Assembly (NCBI GenBank): GCA_964361105.1
Contig: CAYHZG010000002.1
Location: 1-38,925, forward strand
Direction: 5' to 3'
From: an uncultured Candidatus Saccharibacteria bacterium
GTDB taxonomy: Bacteria; Patescibacteriota; Minisyncoccia; 2-02-FULL-40-12
Length of the DNA: 38,925 nt
Positions within the stretch are counted from its first letter, which is position 1. Each line of letters starts with the position of its first letter. The notes below the pieces were generated by a model. The model did no database searches, was not told the DNA's origin, and worked only from the letters and a program-made list of their open reading frames with translations. Positions 23,415 to 31,606 of the stretch are shown piece by piece. Position numbers and translations under genes: made by a program.

Positions 23415-24833
23415 ATGGATTTGCATAGAATCTACAAAAACTTTTTCATTGCCTCTGTTTCTCGATTGTTTACGGCCGTGGTGGGCTTGATTATCATTGG
23501 ATTTTTAACCAGGCATCTCGGGCAAATAGGGTATGGCATTTATGAGACCATCCTTTCCTACCTTTTCATTTTCACAATTTTGGCTGATTTTGGTCTCCAC
23601 ATAGTTCATGTCCGAGAAATTTCTCGCCATCCCGAAAAAGAAGAGTTTATTTCCGGAAATATTTTTACCCTTAGATTTATTTCCCTAATTTTAGTAATAA
23701 TTTTAGCGGTTATTGTCGGTTCATTTTTGCCCTATTCAGCAGAAACTAAGACCGGGATCTTGATTGCCACGATTTTTGTCCTTTTTTCATCCTTAAGTCA
23801 AATTTTATCCGGTATTTTTCAAAAGTATCACACTTTTTACTTGGTTTCTTTCTCGGATATATTGACTCGACTGATTCAGTTGGGTCTGGTTTTTTATGCA
23901 ATAAAGGCAGGTTTTGGTCTTTTGGCTTTTGTTTGGATACTTTCCATAACTAGCGGTCTTCAATTTGCAATAGTTTTCTTTTTATCGCGTCGTTTCATTA
24001 AGTTTCCTTTTACTTTTGATTTTTCTTACGCCAGAGAGGTCCTAAAAGTCTCTTTGCCGGTGGCCGCCTCAATCCTATTTACGGCAATTTATATCAGAAC
24101 CGATGCCTTAATGCTTTCTTTAATGAAACCAGCTTCTGATGTTGGAATTTACCGTTTGGCGGCCAAGCTACTGGAAACGATTGTGTTTTTCCCGGCCCTC
24201 CTCGTAGAACTGACCATGCCCTCATTTTCCAGTTTTGCCTTTGAGGCGAGACACGTTTTTAAAATTATTTTCATAAAGATATTTAATATTTTATTTATTT
24301 TGGCAGTACCAGTAGTTGTTTTTCTGACTGTTTTGTCCCATTCGATTGTCTTAATCCTTGGTGGGCAGGAGTTTTTAAGTTCGGCCCTGCCCTTAAAGAT
24401 CCTGGCATTCGTGGTTGGCCTGGTCTTTTTAAATAACCTCGGAGGCAGGGCCTTGATTGCTTTGGAACTTCAAAGGACTGGGATGTGGATTTATATTTCT
24501 GGCGCAGTTTTAAATATTGTGGCTAACTTATTGGTTATTCCCAAATACTCTTATATTGGCGCTTCTTTTACCACTTTAATAACCGAAATTGTGGTCACGA
24601 TTATGATGTTTTTGATTATTTATCAAAAGACCGGTTTTACTGCTGAAATGAAAAGGATCTATAAGCCCATTTTGGCCGGCTTAATCATGGCCTTAGTTAT
24701 TTATAAATTTAAAGAATTTAATATTTTAGTTCCCTTTTTCTTGGGACTAGCGGTCTACTCCTTAGTCCTTTATTTTATTGGCGGTTTCACCAAAAAGAAT
24801 ATAGAAGAAATTCTAAATTTTAAGGGAGTATAA
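23415..24833 (+). CDS. Oligosaccharide/lipid-linked precursor flippase (MOP superfamily, Wzx/MurJ-like)
   Basis: About 472-aa polytopic protein with roughly 12-14 hydrophobic segments and the typical N-terminal 'SRLFTAVVGLIIIGFLTRHLG'. Start set at the second ATGGAT. Confidence 0.8.
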   Translation: MDLHRIYKNFFIASVSRLFTAVVGLIIIGFLTRHLGQIGYGIYETILSYLFIFTILADFGLHIVHVREISRHPEKEEFISGNIFTLRFISLILVIILAVIVGSFLPYSAETKTGILIATIFVLFSSLSQILSGIFQKYHTFYLVSFSDILTRLIQLGLVFYAIKAGFGLLAFVWILSITSGLQFAIVFFLSRRFIKFPFTFDFSYAREVLKVSLPVAASILFTAIYIRTDALMLSLMKPASDVGIYRLAAKLLETIVFFPALLVELTMPSFSSFAFEARHVFKIIFIKIFNILFILAVPVVVFLTVLSHSIVLILGGQEFLSSALPLKILAFVVGLVFLNNLGGRALIALELQRTGMWIYISGAVLNIVANLLVIPKYSYIGASFTTLITEIVVTIMMFLIIYQKTGFTAEMKRIYKPILAGLIMALVIYKFKEFNILVPFFLGLAVYSLVLYFIGGFTKKNIEEILNFKGV

Positions 24834-25610
24834 CTTTTTGTCTTTGGTATTCACGAATATTAAATAATCCTTCAGGGGACTTAGTTTTAGGTTAGTCGTT
24901 TCAAGTCCTAGATTTTTCAGAATGCTCGTTTCCCCAGAATCTTTTTCAGGTATTTTTTGAAATTCTTTTCCGTCGGGAGTTATTGAAAATGCCGCCGAGG
25001 GGTCTCTTATCGGGTATAAAATGATTAGATTTGTTTCTGACCAGGCGAGTTTTAGGTCTTTAATCCGTGTCTTAAAAATGGTTATTGGATCAATCCCGAT
25101 GGGATTGGCTGTTAAAATATTTACCCAGTCACTTTCTTTATCGTAGGTATAGTAAACAACTCTCTGGCCATCAGCCGAGAAAACAATATTCTCCGCATTT
25201 TTCGGCAGTTCCACCCGCCTATTTTCTCTCAGATTAAAATAAAAATTTTTTAAAATACCCTTTTCTGATACGGCCGCTATAAGTTCTTCTCCGTTGGGGC
25301 TAAAGCTCATTTTTAAAACATTGCTAATTCGGGCCAGTTCTCTTTTGTTTTTTGCGTCAAAACCAACCTCATAAATTATTGAATCAGTTTCTTCGTAATA
25401 GAGGACTCTATCAGAACCATCTTTTAAGTTAAGAAAGTCAACCGGTCCCCTACTTATTTTTACTGGTAAATTTTTTAAAGCATCTGATTTGATATTAAGT
25501 TTAGACCGTTGGTCTTTTTCCAGTTTTTGGAAATTTAAGACCAAAAGCGAAACCATGACCCCGCTTAAAACAAAAATCAGAATAATCAGGTTTTTTCTAA
25601 TGTCAGTCAT
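24813..25610 (-). CDS. Membrane-anchored protein with TolB-like (PD40) beta-propeller repeats
   Basis: N-terminal TM segment 'LIILIFVLSGVMVSLLVL', then repeated 'FSPNGEELIA', 'FSADGQRVVYY' and 'ITPDGKEF' motifs. Last gene of the T4SS-like array. Confidence 0.6.
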   Translation of the reverse strand: MTDIRKNLIILIFVLSGVMVSLLVLNFQKLEKDQRSKLNIKSDALKNLPVKISRGPVDFLNLKDGSDRVLYYEETDSIIYEVGFDAKNKRELARISNVLKMSFSPNGEELIAAVSEKGILKNFYFNLRENRRVELPKNAENIVFSADGQRVVYYTYDKESDWVNILTANPIGIDPITIFKTRIKDLKLAWSETNLIILYPIRDPSAAFSITPDGKEFQKIPEKDSGETSILKNLGLETTNLKLSPLKDYLIFVNTKDKKLYSLKI

Positions 25611-25618
25611 TCTTGTAG

Positions 25619-26221
25619 TTATGCTGCTAGGAGTTCACGTCTTGCTTCTATTTCGTATTGAACCATTTGATTCTCGGCTGCTAAAGCCAGTCGGGCGTTT
25701 TCCATTGCTTCTTCGTAAGTTCTTTTTTCATCTTTGTAAGTTGAATAAATTGCCCAGGTTCTCCAAGGGACAAAATCGATATAAGCTACAATATCAACCG
25801 CCATAGCGGCAATATTTTTAAAAACAGGATTACGGATTATTCCAAGTCGTGCCCTTCTTATGGTCAGAGCAACTCTTCTGACCGATCTTCTCAAGCCAGG
25901 TATACGCCTCGCCACCCTCAAAGCTCCAGCATAAATTCTTCTGATTTGAATTAACCGTCTTTCCATTCTTTCAATGTGGAGATGGATTCCATCAACTACC
26001 TCTCTCATTTTTTTAATTCTTGAATTAGCGCTCCAGCCACCAATAAAGAGAATCGGCGCCACGATAATATCAACGATTACACTAACCACTATACCTATTC
26101 CAGTAAGGCCAGCAATTATATCCACCCCATCAGCCACAAAAGCAATAAAGCCAAAGAAAAAATATTTCAGTTTTGAAGGCGGATTAAGCTCTTGAATTAT
26201 TTGTTGAGCAGGGGATGGCAT
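25619..26221 (-). CDS. Hypothetical membrane protein with an Arg-rich amphipathic C-terminal half
   Basis: 200 aa with two or three N-terminal TM segments ('YFFFGFIAFVADGVDIIAGLTGIGIVVSVIVDIIVAPILFIGGW'). It starts 1 nt after the VirB4 stop. Confidence 0.6.
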   Translation of the reverse strand: MPSPAQQIIQELNPPSKLKYFFFGFIAFVADGVDIIAGLTGIGIVVSVIVDIIVAPILFIGGWSANSRIKKMREVVDGIHLHIERMERRLIQIRRIYAGALRVARRIPGLRRSVRRVALTIRRARLGIIRNPVFKNIAAMAVDIVAYIDFVPWRTWAIYSTYKDEKRTYEEAMENARLALAAENQMVQYEIEARRELLAA

Positions 26222-26222
26222 A

Positions 26223-28025
26223 TCACTTATTATTACTCCCTTTTTCTCTTAGCCATTCTTTTTTTGCTTCCCGAATTTCTAAAATCTGTCTTGGGTCAGA
26301 AGTAATAATTTGGTCCTCGGCGTAAGAAGCCACTACTCTAACCGCAACATGATTAGCTCCGGCAAAAAACAAACCGTGACCCACCCTTGTGCCAAGTAAG
26401 GCGATTTTTTCCGCCTCGGTCAGGTTAAATGTTTCTTTGACTGTTTCGATTGCCGCCGGACTCTGCTTCATTAAAAGCTGCAAAGCGGCGTTAGTAACAA
26501 TCGGTTTGCCATAAGGTGAGTTAATGAAATCGGGTACATCTTGGGAGATAGTGGTTAGACCGAGAAAATATTTCCTTGCTCTTTTTGCCGTATTTAATAA
26601 AAAGTTTGCCCCGGCTTCGTTTTTCAAAAGCCACCAGGCCTCATCAACCACCAGAATTCTTTTCCTTAGTTCTTTTCTCACTTTTGCCCAGAGGAAATTT
26701 AAAACCAAGTACATGGCGATTGGCTTTAATTCATCTTCCATGTCGCGAATAGAAAAAACAACTAATTGGTTATCCAAAACAACATTGGTCGGCTGGTTTA
26801 AAAAGCCGGCAAAAGTTCCTTCAGTGTATTTTTTAATCCTGATAAGTAATGATTCGGCTCCGGTCATGCCCTCCAGAACATTTCTGAAATCGCTCATTAG
26901 CGGCGGTTCCTTATTGGAAAAATCACGGTCTGGATAAATGTCTTTAATGGCATAAGTTTGAATCAGGGCTTCGTCCAGGACCGATTCTTCTTCTGGAGAA
27001 AGCTGGCCGAGCATTACTTTCATCAAGCCGGTCAAATCTAAGATATGGCTCCGGAAGACATCGCTTGTACGCTCGTCTTCACGAGGAGCGGGTAAGTCAA
27101 ACGGATTAAGATGGCTATCAGAAGCGATTGATATTTTTATGAAAGAACCGCCCAAGGTTTCGGCGACGTGCTTGTATTCATGCTCTGGGTCAATCACGAA
27201 AATTTGATTTCCGAAAAGAATGGAGCGTAAAATTTCCAGTTTTACGGCATAGCTTTTTCCGCCGCCACTAGTTCCAAAAACAACTTGATTAGCATTTTCC
27301 AAACTGAATCGGTCAAATAAAATGAGGGAATTATTATGCAGGTTTATGCCGTAAAGAATCCCCTGGTCTTGAGTCAGGTCATAAGAAACAAATGGAAAGC
27401 TTGAGGAAATCGGTTCAGTGTTCAAAGGAGAGTTAATTCCCAATTCGTCCTTGCCAAGCGGTAAAGCAGTCGTAAACCCTTCCTTCATTCTGAAAGTCGC
27501 CGGTTTGACCACGACTAATTGCGACTCCAAATTGTTTCTTATTCTTTTTTCAATTTCATCCAGTTCTTTCAGATCTTTGCCTAAAATGGTCAGATAAAGG
27601 CCGAATCTGAAAAACCGGTCGGTCCCAAGCTGGAGCTTGTCTCTTAAGGTTTCAATGTCTGAAATAGCGGTTTCCAAAACCGGGTCTCGGACCTTGCCTT
27701 TTTCTTGTTCCTCAATTGCCTGGGCCTGGAGCCGAGCCAGCCGGTCCCTTAATTTTCTTAAGATATTAGCTGTGTCTTCGGGATGAATGTAAAAAGAGAT
27801 ATTCAGTTCTTGGTCAAGGTTGATTATTGGAGAAAACCAACTTGAATTCAGATAGCGGGGATAAGAAGAAATAAATAAAGTCCGAGTGAACTTTTCACTG
27901 ATTTGAAGATAGTTTGAAGAAACATTTACCGCCGAAGGAGCCAGAATTTCGTCTATTTTTTGTCCCCTGCCCTCCGTAGCTTCAGCGAAGGAGGGTTCTT
28001 TTAATTTTCTTTTAAACAAAGCCAT
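26223..28025 (-). CDS. virB4: VirB4/TrsE/ConE-type T4SS ATPase, middle and ATPase portions
   Basis: 600 aa with Walker A 'GTSGGGKSY' and Walker B 'ILVVDEAWWLL'. The pre-ATPase block 'LAPSAVNVSSNYLQISEKFTRTLFISSYPRYLNSSWFSPIINL' is typical of Gram-positive VirB4 homologues. Confidence 0.8.
   Translation of the reverse strand: MALFKRKLKEPSFAEATEGRGQKIDEILAPSAVNVSSNYLQISEKFTRTLFISSYPRYLNSSWFSPIINLDQELNISFYIHPEDTANILRKLRDRLARLQAQAIEEQEKGKVRDPVLETAISDIETLRDKLQLGTDRFFRFGLYLTILGKDLKELDEIEKRIRNNLESQLVVVKPATFRMKEGFTTALPLGKDELGINSPLNTEPISSSFPFVSYDLTQDQGILYGINLHNNSLILFDRFSLENANQVVFGTSGGGKSYAVKLEILRSILFGNQIFVIDPEHEYKHVAETLGGSFIKISIASDSHLNPFDLPAPREDERTSDVFRSHILDLTGLMKVMLGQLSPEEESVLDEALIQTYAIKDIYPDRDFSNKEPPLMSDFRNVLEGMTGAESLLIRIKKYTEGTFAGFLNQPTNVVLDNQLVVFSIRDMEDELKPIAMYLVLNFLWAKVRKELRKRILVVDEAWWLLKNEAGANFLLNTAKRARKYFLGLTTISQDVPDFINSPYGKPIVTNAALQLLMKQSPAAIETVKETFNLTEAEKIALLGTRVGHGLFFAGANHVAVRVVASYAEDQIITSDPRQILEIREAKKEWLREKGSNNK
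27964..27996. repeat. GC-rich palindrome in codons 11-22 of the VirB4 ATPase ORF
   Basis: Stem CCCTCC (27970-27975) pairs with GGAGGG (27990-27995). It encodes 'PSFAEATEGRGQ'. It shares CCTCCTTCGCTRAARCT and GGGCAGG with the tRNA spacer element at 2386-2448. Confidence 0.6.
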
Positions 28026-28657
28026 TATTGTAGTTTCATTATCCCTTCAACCGCCTCTGGATTATAAAATCGGTAGTAAAGATTGATTAATTCATCTTCT
28101 TCTAAAACTTTGGCTCCGAGGCCTAATCCGGCCAAATTTTCATAGACCAAATTAACCCTTTGGTTTAATTGGGCCTTATATGAACTAAATTCTTCAGGAG
28201 TTAGTTTTTTAATCGTTTCAGATGGTTTGAAAATGCTTTTGAATATTTCTTTGACCCCTCCTTTAGTTCGGGGACCGATATAGAAGGGGATAATCACAAA
28301 AAAATCCTTAGCCATAATATTGGCTAATTGGGTCAGTTCTTTTACAAACTTTGAATATTCAACGGCCTGAATTCTCATCAATTCGTTCTGTTGGTTTTCG
28401 ATCAACTCATCAATCATAGCTAGATAGCTATTAATGTTTAGTTTTCGTGACATCACCATAATTTCCAAAGAAAAATCCAAAGCATTCAGGAAATCCCGAA
28501 AGCCCTGCAAAATCGCCGTTTGTTCATCCTGGGACTTTAGTTCAAAGTTAATTGAACCGATTCGAATCACCTGGCGCAAAGAGCCGTCTTTTAAAATCAA
28601 AACCTCGTCTCTGACTTCTTGAATTTCAACAAATTGTTTAGTTGATACCTCGGCCAT
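28025..28657 (-). CDS. Protein resembling the detached N-terminal domain of Gram-positive VirB4
   Basis: 210 aa. 'LILKDGSLRQVIRIGSINFELKSQDEQTAILQGFRDFLNALDFSLEIMV' follows the pattern I recall for the N-terminus of Tn916 Orf16/ConE-type VirB4. TAATG overlaps at both ends. Confidence 0.6.
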   Translation of the reverse strand: MAEVSTKQFVEIQEVRDEVLILKDGSLRQVIRIGSINFELKSQDEQTAILQGFRDFLNALDFSLEIMVMSRKLNINSYLAMIDELIENQQNELMRIQAVEYSKFVKELTQLANIMAKDFFVIIPFYIGPRTKGGVKEIFKSIFKPSETIKKLTPEEFSSYKAQLNQRVNLVYENLAGLGLGAKVLEEDELINLYYRFYNPEAVEGIMKLQ

Positions 28658-28950
28658 TAAAAGTTTTGATTGTCTTCTTTTTTGAAAAAGTATTTTTTTG
28701 GGCCAAGGGCATATCCCAACGCCTTCATTAGATATTCTATTAAACTCATCTCTTCTATTCTAAGAAAGGCCAGGGAGCCAAAAATGGCGATTACAATAAT
28801 TGAAACAAAAATTAGAAAGGGTCCGGTCAAGAATCTGAAAAGTATTAAAAGCAGACCCACGCCCATAGCCACCCAGATGAATTGTTTCCAGGTCAAGGGC
28901 CCGACTATTTTGGTTTCTGTTTCAATGAATTGAGGCACCTGGAATTTCAT
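28657..28950 (-). CDS. PrgI/VirB3-like small two-TM T4SS protein
   Basis: 97 aa. 'FQVPQFIETETKIVGPLTWKQFIWV' is followed by two TM helices and sits immediately upstream of the VirB4 ORFs. Confidence 0.65.
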   Translation of the reverse strand: MKFQVPQFIETETKIVGPLTWKQFIWVAMGVGLLLILFRFLTGPFLIFVSIIVIAIFGSLAFLRIEEMSLIEYLMKALGYALGPKKYFFKKEDNQNF

Positions 28951-29453
28951 AGTATATTTCTTAAATCAATAATGCTTTCGTCTTCAGTTGGGGGCTGGAT
29001 AGATGGTTGCGGACTCGGTTTACTTTTTACTTCTTGTTCTTTTGTTGCACCAGCAAATTTTTCAGTATGCATTTTTTTCAAGTCATCCAGAATCGGTGCA
29101 AAAAGTTCAATAACAATTAGTCCGGCAATGGTTTTAGCTTTTTGTTCATCAATACCCAATCTGTCTTTTATTGCATTAACCACGTTGCCAAGATAGAGAT
29201 CGGCAAATAATAGATCTTTGACAACTCTAGCCAATTCTTCACCCCTTTTTTCATCTAAACTATTATCGGTAATAACCCTTTTAATAAATTTAGCTGTCTC
29301 AAAATCACCAAGAAAGAGATCTTTTATATTTGGCGGCAAGTTGTTTAACTTTTCAAAAAACCCTTTATATTTAAAAGTTCCAGTTGTTCTATCACTGGAA
29401 TCAACGTAATAAGGACTATAAAGATGGTATTCTTCAAAGCTTAATTCAGACAT
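28947..29453 (-). CDS. Hypothetical soluble protein with a Pro/Ser/Gln-rich tail
   Basis: 168-aa ORF coupled to the next gene by an ATGA overlap. I recognise no motif. Confidence 0.55.
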   Translation of the reverse strand: MSELSFEEYHLYSPYYVDSSDRTTGTFKYKGFFEKLNNLPPNIKDLFLGDFETAKFIKRVITDNSLDEKRGEELARVVKDLLFADLYLGNVVNAIKDRLGIDEQKAKTIAGLIVIELFAPILDDLKKMHTEKFAGATKEQEVKSKPSPQPSIQPPTEDESIIDLRNIL

Positions 29454-29458
29454 GATGG

Positions 29459-31573
29459 TTAAAATCCAATGCGCCGCCCGCCCGTTCCCGTTCCTCTGCC
29501 TCCTCCTGGCGGCGTTCCTCCACCGGCAGGCGGAGCAAAACCAATTGGCCTCGGGCCGACTCCGCCGCCCGGCATAATACTGTCAATCACTGCTTGTTTA
29601 TCTGGATTTCTTGGTCCTACCGCATTTCTTAAATTTTGTTGTCTTTGCGGATCGGCGGCAAATACTTGTCTCAACCCTTCTCTAAATGCCGGATCTCTGT
29701 AAGTTTGTAAATCCTGATTAGCAAAGAAATCATAATTACCTCTATTAAATTCTTCTTCACTTCTGGCTCTGATTTTCGCTACCACGGCATTGAAATCGGT
29801 TGATCCAGGAGTATTGTTGATAGGAATAGTTGTCAGATTTCTTCCTCTTTGTTTTTCCTCGTTAATGTATTCAGCCCACATTGCCGTATCCACACGTTTC
29901 TTTTTTCCTTCGCCCAAAAGACCCCTTGCTTCATTTAAGCTCCGCTGACTCATAACTTCATAAGCTGCAACCAAATCATCAGTATTTTCAAACATTAATC
30001 CCGGCTCTTCTTTTTTAAGATAGTTAACGGCTTCTTGTCGAGCATTTAAAAATTCTGATCCAAGACTTGAAAAGGCCCCTCGGCCGACCGCCAAATCTCT
30101 AACTGCCTGGGCTCTGCCGACAAATCCATTAAACCTTCCTTCAACTAAAGCTTTCATGTATTCTTGGCCGATCAAAGTTCTTGAATCAAGGTTTTTAATA
30201 TGGGTCTTGGCCAGGTCTTCATTAACTAAGCCGTTTTTGGCCATTAAAATCGCTGCTGCCGCTCCTTGAGACGTTTTTAAGTTTCTGGCAAGACCAGCAA
30301 GGTCGTCTTGAATCCGGCGGCCTTCATTTAGATCTCGCCTTAGTTTTTCTTGTTCTTCTTCAATGCTTTTCTTGAACTCTCTTTGGGCTTCTAATCCCGG
30401 CGCTACTCCAAAAGGCCTCCCTAAAATTCCGGCGATTGCTTCCTCTCTTTTTCTCCTGGTTTCGGCCCCGCCAATTCGTCTTTCAGTCCCAGGAACTTTT
30501 ACCCCGGTTTCTTGGATTCCTTTCCAAATTCTTCCGATTCCGCCTGGAACCTGCCCGACATAAGGAATTGCACCAATCCAACTGTAGCCATAAACTCCCG
30601 CGCCGGAGGCAAATTTATGAGCCCAGTAAAGACCGCCAAACAAAAAGACAAGATTTATCAAAAGTAAAATGGTACTGGCAATAGTCAGAGGCCAGAAGCC
30701 GGCTAATTGTTTGTCAAATTGGGCTTGGTTGATGATTACTTGAATTCGTGAATTCCAAAATAAAACAAAATAAATAACCGCAAAGTAAAATAATGGGATA
30801 AGGGCCCATTGAATCGTGTTATGCCACCATTTTTTCCAGACCCTCTCCTTTAATGGCGGGAAGGCATAAGATATCCAGGCCAGCGGAGAAATCATGGCCA
30901 AGCCCATTAAAATCGGCAGTCTTATAAGCAATATAAGCCCTATCCAACCCAAAGCCAGAAGGATCAAAAGATATAGAATTGCCTTAAATATGGTGAATAC
31001 AAGTTGAGCCCCGGCCGTAGAAGCTTCGGATTCTGTCTCTTTGGCAAATTCTCTGGTCTGGATTTCATTTAGATACAAAGGCGCTCCAATCTTTGTTCCA
31101 ACTGTATGCGGTTCGCCCATTGCTTTTAAAAATACATTGGCCGGGATCCACAATAAATCTATGGTCCATTGGAAGATGACAAAACTGAAATTTATTAATA
31201 AGGCGGCAATAATAATTTTGGTGAGCAGTTGTTTATAGGTGTATTGAGTGGGGTAATTAAAGATGGTCGCAAAGGCGGTGATTATTAAAAGGAGGATGAA
31301 GAATAAATTTGAAAAATCCCGAAATATTCCCCAGCCTTCTTGGATGGCATCAATTTTTAAAAGCCAGTTTTGGATAGGAACTACAAAATTTATTAGATTT
31401 CCAAAGCCAACGATTAACCCTCCAAAAACAAAGTTGACCACCGTGTCAAGTAAAGCGATTACACCTTCAGAGATTTCATTACCGACAAGAGCCGGGGCAA
31501 ATTTATAAACCAGGTAGGGTATGCCTACCCATTTACCGAGAAAAATTAGAGTCGGAATTAATAATGCTGGCAT
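29459..31573 (-). CDS. VirB6/TrbL-like polytopic membrane protein with a long hydrophilic C-terminal domain and Gly/Pro tail
   Basis: 704 aa with at least 7 hydrophobic segments in the first 330 aa or so, then a charged domain of about 330 aa. It ends 'GGGVGPRPIGFAPPAGGGTPPGGGRGTGTGGRRIGF'. Confidence 0.6.
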   Translation of the reverse strand: MPALLIPTLIFLGKWVGIPYLVYKFAPALVGNEISEGVIALLDTVVNFVFGGLIVGFGNLINFVVPIQNWLLKIDAIQEGWGIFRDFSNLFFILLLIITAFATIFNYPTQYTYKQLLTKIIIAALLINFSFVIFQWTIDLLWIPANVFLKAMGEPHTVGTKIGAPLYLNEIQTREFAKETESEASTAGAQLVFTIFKAILYLLILLALGWIGLILLIRLPILMGLAMISPLAWISYAFPPLKERVWKKWWHNTIQWALIPLFYFAVIYFVLFWNSRIQVIINQAQFDKQLAGFWPLTIASTILLLINLVFLFGGLYWAHKFASGAGVYGYSWIGAIPYVGQVPGGIGRIWKGIQETGVKVPGTERRIGGAETRRKREEAIAGILGRPFGVAPGLEAQREFKKSIEEEQEKLRRDLNEGRRIQDDLAGLARNLKTSQGAAAAILMAKNGLVNEDLAKTHIKNLDSRTLIGQEYMKALVEGRFNGFVGRAQAVRDLAVGRGAFSSLGSEFLNARQEAVNYLKKEEPGLMFENTDDLVAAYEVMSQRSLNEARGLLGEGKKKRVDTAMWAEYINEEKQRGRNLTTIPINNTPGSTDFNAVVAKIRARSEEEFNRGNYDFFANQDLQTYRDPAFREGLRQVFAADPQRQQNLRNAVGPRNPDKQAVIDSIMPGGGVGPRPIGFAPPAGGGTPPGGGRGTGTGGRRIGF

Positions 31574-31606
31574 AGTTTGTAATACTGGCTAAACATTTTT
31601 AAGTGA

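Noticed and set aside
25489-25806. A 105-aa plus-strand ORF spanning the junction of two minus-strand genes.
   Set aside because: It overlaps both the 24813-25610 and 25619-26221 ORFs on the opposite strand, has no motif, and would break an otherwise tightly coupled operon.
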